From a virus: DNA of 64,000 bases. Shown here one piece after another: positions 58,964-64,000 of the stretch. The notes under the pieces were generated by a model. The model saw only the letters and a list, made by a program, of their open reading frames with translations. It was not told the origin of the DNA and ran no database searches. Numbering within the stretch: position 1 is the first letter of the stretch; every line of letters starts with the position of its first letter. A program made the translations under genes and the position numbers. The DNA lies in IMG/VR virus record IMGVR_UViG_3300042287_000745, positions 1 to 64,000 of that record. One strand, given 5' to 3'.

Positions 58964-59905
58964 ATGGATTATCGTGAAAATGAATTTCTTTGGGTTGAGA
59001 AATATCGCCCGAGGAAATTAGAAGATTGTATTCTTCCCGCTAGTCAGAAAACTATTTTTCTGGAAATGTTAGCAAAGGGAGAGATACAAAATATGTTATT
59101 ATGCGGCGGCGCAGGCATGGGCAAAACGACAGTTGCCCGTGCTTTGTGCGAAGAGCTACAAACAGATTATATCATCATTAATGGATCAGAAGAATCGGGT
59201 ATTGATGTTCTTCGTACAAAGATTAAGCAATTTGCATCTACTGTTTCTTTTAGCGGTAAGCCAAAAGTTGTTATATTAGATGAAGCGGATTATTTAAATC
59301 CAAATTCCACACAACCTGCTCTTCGAGCATTTATGGAAGAATTTTCATCTAATTGTAGATTCATTCTTACTTGTAATTTTAAAAATAGAATCATTCCTCC
59401 TCTGCATTCTAGAGCGGCAGTCATTGAATTTAAATTGCCAAAAGCAGATAAACCTAAAATTGCCTCAGCATTTTTTAAGCGAGTAAATGAAATTCTCAGC
59501 ATTGAAAAAGTTGAGGCTGATGGTAAAGTTGTTGCAAAGGTAATCGAAAAACATTTTCCGGACTATCGTAGAGTTCTAAATGAACTTCAGAGGTATGGTG
59601 CATCTGGAAAAATTGATGAGGGTATCTTTGTAAGTTTAGGTGAGACTAATCTTCAAGAATTGATTGTGTCTTTGAAAGATAAGGATTGGAAGAAGATGCG
59701 AACTTGGGTCGTCAATAACATTGATAATGACCCACAAACAATTTTTAGAAAACTATATGATGTTCTATGTGATGAAGTTGTGCAGGTTCCTCAATTAGTA
59801 TTGTTACTGGCAGATTATCAATATAAATCGGCATTTTGTGCGGATCAAGAAATTAATTTAGTGGCATGCTTAACTGAAATTATGGCAGCAGTAGAATTAA
59901 AATAA
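58964..59905 (+). CDS. gp44: Clamp loader large subunit gp44
   Basis: LWVEKYRP, GGAGMGKTT, ILDEADYL, FILTCN, FPDYRR, DQEINL. Confidence 0.97.
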   Translation: MDYRENEFLWVEKYRPRKLEDCILPASQKTIFLEMLAKGEIQNMLLCGGAGMGKTTVARALCEELQTDYIIINGSEESGIDVLRTKIKQFASTVSFSGKPKVVILDEADYLNPNSTQPALRAFMEEFSSNCRFILTCNFKNRIIPPLHSRAAVIEFKLPKADKPKIASAFFKRVNEILSIEKVEADGKVVAKVIEKHFPDYRRVLNELQRYGASGKIDEGIFVSLGETNLQELIVSLKDKDWKKMRTWVVNNIDNDPQTIFRKLYDVLCDEVVQVPQLVLLLADYQYKSAFCADQEINLVACLTEIMAAVELK

Positions 59906-60189
59906 TGATAAATCCATTTGAAAATATATTTATTTGGATAAAAGAGGATTGGAAATCTTACCCACTTCGTTTTACGGTTGAGATTATTGCATGGACAATG
60001 AGTATTGGATGTACTATGTGGATGGGATACACTTTGCCGAATCCTCCTTTCATCTATCTATATCCGCTATTCATGGTACAATGTATGTTATTTGCTTGGT
60101 CAGCCTGGACTAGAGGATCGACCGGTATGATCGCAAATTATCTATTAATTGTAACGATAGATGTAGTAGCATATGTGAGGATGTTATGA
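59905..60189 (+). CDS. Small membrane protein with about 3 TM helices
   Basis: Hydrophobic; coupled to both neighbours (TAATG, ATGA). Confidence 0.65.
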   Translation: MINPFENIFIWIKEDWKSYPLRFTVEIIAWTMSIGCTMWMGYTLPNPPFIYLYPLFMVQCMLFAWSAWTRGSTGMIANYLLIVTIDVVAYVRML

Positions 60190-60626
60190 GTTTATTCGGT
60201 AAGCCGGTCGAAAAAATTGAGGAAGTTCCTTATAAGTCTCCCGCAATATCTCCCTTTGATTTTATTAATTCTATACATTATTCTAAACAAAACTTAATAG
60301 TAGATGAATGGTCTGAAAAACAATATAATCCCTTTATTATAAACAAAGGATTATCCTATGGACATGATACCGTTATTCCCGCAAATGAGATGAATTCCCG
60401 TCCTCATTTGGATAAAATTCTTCAATTTCACTTTCTCATAAATATTGTTAGACCTAGAAAAAGATTCAATAAATGGATAAAGGTCGATAAAATCGATGAA
60501 TTGGAAGTTGTAAAAGAATACTATGGCTATAGCACAGAAAAAGCCAAACAAGTACTCCCCCTTCTCAATGAGTCGATTCTTGATAAAATGAAGAAAAGCT
60601 TAACAAGGGGTGGTAAGAATGAGTAA
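60186..60626 (+). CDS. gp62: Clamp loader small subunit gp62
   Basis: PFDFINSI, YNPFIINKGLS, ANEMN, VKEYYGYSTEKA. Confidence 0.92.
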   Translation: MSLFGKPVEKIEEVPYKSPAISPFDFINSIHYSKQNLIVDEWSEKQYNPFIINKGLSYGHDTVIPANEMNSRPHLDKILQFHFLINIVRPRKRFNKWIKVDKIDELEVVKEYYGYSTEKAKQVLPLLNESILDKMKKSLTRGGKNE

Positions 60627-61053
60627 TGACATCATTTCAATAAATTTTCCGGGATATAATCCGTTAGAAGTAATTTTAACTGAACCCGATGATTTTCTTA
60701 AGGTAAGGGAGACCTTAACTCGAATAGGAGTAGCGTCGAGAAAAGATAAAACACTATATCAATCATGCCACATATTGCACAAGCAAGGTAGATATTTTAT
60801 TGTACATTTTAAAGAGTTATTTGCATTAGATGGAAAGGTTGCAGATCTCTCTGAAAATGACCTGCAACGAAGAAATACTATTGCCAAATTGCTAGTGGAT
60901 TGGGGATTGGTAGAAATTAGCAATCCTCACAATTTTGTAAATTACGCCCCTCTTTCTCAAATAAAGGTTATATCGCATAAAGAGAAAGATGATTGGACAT
61001 TAGAAACAAAGTATAACATTGGCAAGAAAAAGATGCCAATGGGATATAAATAA
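60619..61053 (+). CDS. regA: Translational repressor RegA
   Basis: PDDFLKVRETLTRIGVAS, LYQSCHILHKQGRYFIVHFKELF. Confidence 0.97.
   Translation: MSNDIISINFPGYNPLEVILTEPDDFLKVRETLTRIGVASRKDKTLYQSCHILHKQGRYFIVHFKELFALDGKVADLSENDLQRRNTIAKLLVDWGLVEISNPHNFVNYAPLSQIKVISHKEKDDWTLETKYNIGKKKMPMGYK
61045..61052 (+). promoter_or_regulatory. Late promoter TATAAATA upstream of the pqqA/hsp20 block
   Basis: Exact consensus overlapping the regA stop codon. Confidence 0.65.
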
Positions 61054-61168
61054 TATTTTAGATGTAAAATATATTTTACACATTGATCTCACATTGAATT
61101 TTTGCTGCAGCATCTTCAATAAACTGATCTGTATCAGCAGTACTTTTTATTAAAACTAGGAGAAAAAT

Positions 61169-61240
61169 ATGTGGACAACACCATCAGCAATTGATTTGCG
61201 TTTCGGGTTCGAAATCACAATGTACATTGCAAATAGGTAA
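61169..61240 (+). CDS. pqqA: Coenzyme PQQ precursor peptide PqqA (23 aa, absent from the ORF track)
   Basis: Translates MWTTPSAIDLRFGFEITMYIANR with the invariant ExxxY and the W..P...LR.GFE.T.Y pattern; AGGAG RBS. Confidence 0.93.
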   Translation: MWTTPSAIDLRFGFEITMYIANR

Positions 61241-61247
61241 TACCGCT

Positions 61248-61382
61248 TTCCTCGGGATGGGAACGTAAAGACTTCACCTTAGGACCGCTTTGGTACGGAG
61301 CGTGAATTAAGCTGGCACAACGATAGGGTGTCCCTGTATTCAGTAAGCAGGATAGCTATGCCTTCGGGGTAGCACTTTTTTT
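61248..61382 (+). ncRNA. GC-rich multi-hairpin structured RNA candidate ending in a UUCG hairpin plus U-tract
   Basis: Stems TTCCT/GGGAA, CGCTTTG/CGGAGCG, GGCAC/GTGTC, CCTG/CAGG and GCTATGCC-TTCG-GGGTAGC followed by a T-run. Confidence 0.5.
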
Positions 61383-61405
61383 TAACTCGCTTAATAGGAG
61401 CACAT

Positions 61406-61702
61406 ATGATTACAGCCGATATTTTTATCGACACAGTTCAAAACGGCAAACGCCAATTCATTTCTAAATATGTAACGGATAAAGACCTTGCAAAACCACT
61501 TAATGATTTTGTGGATGCGCAAACTGTATTCTCGCATGCAGTAGTTTCTTCAGTAAAAGAATCTTTTGGTCATCTAAATAAAAAAATAACTCAAAGCAAA
61601 ATTGAAGAAGTAATCAATCCATTTAATATTGACTGGGTTCAGGCCGGTATGAAAGCCTGGTTAGATCAACCGGCAACTAAAGCTAAACCGTTTAAGGAGT
61701 AA
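61406..61702 (+). CDS. Hypothetical amphipathic helical protein (phasin-like, tentative)
   Basis: AGGAG RBS; FIDTVQNGKRQF...FVDAQT helix pattern. Confidence 0.6.
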   Translation: MITADIFIDTVQNGKRQFISKYVTDKDLAKPLNDFVDAQTVFSHAVVSSVKESFGHLNKKITQSKIEEVINPFNIDWVQAGMKAWLDQPATKAKPFKE

Positions 61703-61705
61703 CAT

Positions 61706-62227
61706 ATGGCAACTCCTGCTTTTAGTAATTTTATCTTTGGCCCAGCGTATAAGGATGTTGAGAAATTCTTTGTCGGATATGATCAACAATTTGATCGCAT
61801 GGCAAAATTTCATGATGATCTAGCAAAAAACGTACCAAACTATCCTCCGTATAACATTAAGAAAACGGGTGAGAATACATACGCTATTGAATTAGCAGTC
61901 GCCGGATTTGGTAAACAGGATATTGAGATTGAATTTGCAGATGATGTATTAGTTGTTAAGGGGAATACTTCCGAAGACAACAGCGATTATTTGTTCAAAG
62001 GAATCGCCGCACGTAATTTTACACGTACATTCGCCTTGAATGAGCAAATTGAAATTAAAGATGCGGAACTTTTTAATGGTATGCTAAAAATAATACTAGA
62101 GCGTATTATACCTGAGCATAAAAAACCAAAAAAAATTGAAGTGAAAGATACAAGTGAAATTGTTTCTGCTACAGGAAAAAAGTCTAAGAAAGAATTGTTA
62201 TTAGAGGATACTAATGCAATTGATTAA
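61706..62227 (+). CDS. hsp20: Small heat-shock protein Hsp20 (IbpA-like)
   Basis: NYPPYNI, IELAVAGF, KGIAARNFTRTF, NGMLKI, IPEHKKPKKIEV. Confidence 0.95.
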   Translation: MATPAFSNFIFGPAYKDVEKFFVGYDQQFDRMAKFHDDLAKNVPNYPPYNIKKTGENTYAIELAVAGFGKQDIEIEFADDVLVVKGNTSEDNSDYLFKGIAARNFTRTFALNEQIEIKDAELFNGMLKIILERIIPEHKKPKKIEVKDTSEIVSATGKKSKKELLLEDTNAID

Positions 62228-62372
62228 AAAAGTTTGTAATCTTTTTTCATTGAAGAATCGCTATAATTCAGATTTAGAAAATTTTATTCTTAGTAATAAT
62301 CCAAAAGATGTTTCAGATGTAGAGCGGTTGGCAAAACAATATGATGCGGCTCGCAAAAACAATTTTTATTAA
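62214..62372 (+). CDS. 52-aa hypothetical protein (absent from the ORF track)
   Basis: GAGGA RBS; MQLIKKVCNLF...LENFILSNNPKDVSDVERLAKQYD. Confidence 0.6.
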   Translation: MQLIKKVCNLFSLKNRYNSDLENFILSNNPKDVSDVERLAKQYDAARKNNFY

Positions 62373-62378
62373 ATAAAT

Positions 62379-62397
62379 GCGGGGGGAAACCCCCGCA
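62379..62397. other. GC-rich hairpin with a GAAA-containing loop
   Basis: GCGGGG...CCCCGC inverted repeat between ORFs; no U-tract on the + strand. Confidence 0.6.
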
Positions 62398-62411
62398 ACT
62401 GAAAGGACATT

Positions 62412-62750
62412 ATGATTAGATTACTTAAATTGATAACCAGTGAAGAAATTGTAGGCGATTGCACTAAACGAGGATCAAAGATTTTTGTAAAAAAACCTTG
62501 TGCGATTATGTTGATTCAATCTAGATCGACTCCGGATCAACATTCTATGGCATTAATTCCATACGCAGGTTATACTAAAGGGCATGAGGTTCAAATTGAA
62601 TCTAAGCATATTGTATGGGAAGCTGAGTTGGATGAGGATGTATTAAATCAATACAACTCATTATTCGGATCAGATATTCAAATTGTGTCTGCCTCAGTAG
62701 AAAAACCAACAATCCCTAATACATCTACATTAAACATTGTAAAAAATTAA
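62412..62750 (+). CDS. Conserved Sm-like-fold T4-like protein
   Basis: IRLLKLITSEEIV...KKP...LIPY; usual neighbour of hsp20. Confidence 0.65.
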   Translation: MIRLLKLITSEEIVGDCTKRGSKIFVKKPCAIMLIQSRSTPDQHSMALIPYAGYTKGHEVQIESKHIVWEAELDEDVLNQYNSLFGSDIQIVSASVEKPTIPNTSTLNIVKN

Positions 62751-62753
62751 TCT

Positions 62754-62778
62754 AAAAAACTAGGGCAACGCCCTAGTT
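62754..62778 (-). terminator. Terminator between convergent operons
   Basis: AACTAGGGC-AAC-GCCCTAGTT; the A-run on its left gives a U-tract for - strand transcripts. Confidence 0.75.
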
Positions 62779-62784
62779 CTAGTA

Positions 62785-63246
62785 TCAAATCGCTTCTTTA
62801 CCGCATACTGAAATAAAGACTTGCTCGCGAGGCGTATTCGGTGCATCTAAATTTGTAATAAAATCCCCCATTTGATGTCGTTGTACCCATACTATTTTAT
62901 TATTTGCATCAGTGAAAAAATCAGTTATTAGATATAACTTAGCAGTATCACATTCAATTAAACCAAAACTATAAATTTTCTTTACCGGTACTGGTATTTG
63001 ATCATATTTCACTTCATCAGTAAAGACAATCATACTATGCATCTTAAACATTTCATCGGACTTAGCAAATCCGCCTTTATTTAAGTATAACTGATATGTA
63101 GATTCTTTTGCAACAAATTTCCAGTCAGAATCAACATATGCGATAGTATAACTCTCTTGTTCTTCAATAAAATGGAATTTAAATTCATTTGCTGCGAATG
63201 TAACTGATGCGAATGCTAATAGAATAATTGCTAATAGTTTTTTCAT
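62785..63246 (-). CDS. Secreted/periplasmic protein (surface-adhesin-E-like, tentative)
   Basis: Signal peptide MKKLLAIILLAFASVTFA; two Cys (IECD, SVCG); AAGGA RBS. Confidence 0.65.
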   Translation of the reverse strand: MKKLLAIILLAFASVTFAANEFKFHFIEEQESYTIAYVDSDWKFVAKESTYQLYLNKGGFAKSDEMFKMHSMIVFTDEVKYDQIPVPVKKIYSFGLIECDTAKLYLITDFFTDANNKIVWVQRHQMGDFITNLDAPNTPREQVFISVCGKEAI

Positions 63247-63266
63247 GTCAATCCTTCGAAGTGAGC

Positions 63267-63566
63267 CTAGTCTCGATTAAAAAATCTTTTCTTAGGCTTA
63301 GGTGGTACTACAGGTTTAGGTGGGGGTTCAGGTTCAGGTTCTTTTTTCTTAATAGAGATATTATCTTCTCTTAACATCTGTTTAACAAGTTGTACGGTTT
63401 TCGCAAGTTCTCTATCCGCAACCATTTTTATAGCTAATAGTTTGCTATCATAATTATTTGCTCCCTCCAGCAAATCTTTAGATATGGTTATCTTCTTTTT
63501 TGGTTTTAATGCTTGGAGTTGTTTCTTAAACTCTTCTGATTCTGGTGTCTTTTCTTCTTCGCTCAT
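63267..63566 (-). CDS. Hypothetical charged/proline-rich protein
   Basis: AGGA RBS; EPEPEPPPKP tract. Confidence 0.6.
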   Translation of the reverse strand: MSEEEKTPESEEFKKQLQALKPKKKITISKDLLEGANNYDSKLLAIKMVADRELAKTVQLVKQMLREDNISIKKKEPEPEPPPKPVVPPKPKKRFFNRD

Positions 63567-63573
63567 TTTTTTC

Positions 63574-63999
63574 CTAGGTGCAATCTACCCATCGTAAAGT
63601 TGAATACCAATCATACGTTGGACTACCTTTAGGTATAAAGCAAGTGCCTAGTTCGGGATTTTGCTGTATCCTATCCTGTACGATCAAATACATACAACCC
63701 ACGTACAAAAATATTGCAAGTAATATTGTTGCAACCCATGAACTATCATTAAGTAATGCTTGTAATTTTCTTCTTCGTCTAGCAGCTTTAGCCATAGCTG
63801 CAGCTCGCGCTTCTTTTTGTTCTTTTTCTGCTCGGTCTCGTTTTTCTTCTATAAGGTCAGACAAACGTTGTCTTTCTGTACTAAATCTACTCCATATATC
63901 ACCCAACCCAGGCGTTTGATAAATTAACATTTCTCGCAATTCTACTTCGGCTTGCTCAAGTTGCATCTGCATCATAACATTATTTAAAGCTTGAGAATT
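63574..63999 (-). CDS. Coiled-coil protein with a C-terminal TM helix (5'-partial)
   Basis: Frame open to the window edge; TM segment WVATILLAIFLYVGCMYLIV. Confidence 0.6.
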   Translation of the reverse strand, partial: NSQALNNVMMQMQLEQAEVELREMLIYQTPGLGDIWSRFSTERQRLSDLIEEKRDRAEKEQKEARAAAMAKAARRRRKLQALLNDSSWVATILLAIFLYVGCMYLIVQDRIQQNPELGTCFIPKGSPTYDWYSTLRWVDCT

Positions 64000-64000
64000 C

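Noticed and set aside
61241-61405. tRNA or a known small ribozyme (hammerhead, twister, pistol)
   Set aside because: No cloverleaf, T-loop or CCA, and no CUGAUGA/GAAA core recognised. Kept only as an unknown structured RNA.
63578-63919. 113-aa plus-strand ORF
   Set aside because: Antisense to the better-supported minus-strand TM/coiled-coil gene.
1-64000. Stop-codon reassignment
   Set aside because: Core genes are full length under the standard code, and TAA, TAG and TGA all terminate genes.

Overview
This is a 64-kb, AT-rich segment of a large T4-like myophage, probably from freshwater. A PqqA peptide of Burkholderiales type suggests a betaproteobacterial host (inference). Almost all genes are on the + strand. 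In order, the window holds: baseplate and tail-tip genes (gp8, a split VrlC/DUF4815-like protein, a gp9-headed fibre, a lambda gpK-like NlpC/P60); the neck, packaging, tail and head core (gp13-gp23, gp3); uvsY, uvsW and gp55; a 7-deazaguanine DNA-modification island (queE, PRTase, folE, exonuclease, GT4, dpdA, dpdL-like, GT4, galE, queD; no queC in the window); gp47/gp46; a cobT/cobS-like pair; a GDP-deoxysugar (colitose-type) and glycosyltransferase island; gp45/44/62/regA; an unannotated pqqA; structured RNA; and hsp20. A convergent - strand block ends the window. The best candidate for an undescribed system is the deazaguanine island. It interleaves two GT4 enzymes and GalE with the transglycosylase, which suggests a sugar-decorated 7-deazaguanine base. 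It also carries a preQ1-I-like pseudoknot with an RBS-sequestering hairpin directly in front of queD, a candidate phage riboswitch variant. All calls come from motif recognition by eye; no searches or folding programs were run.
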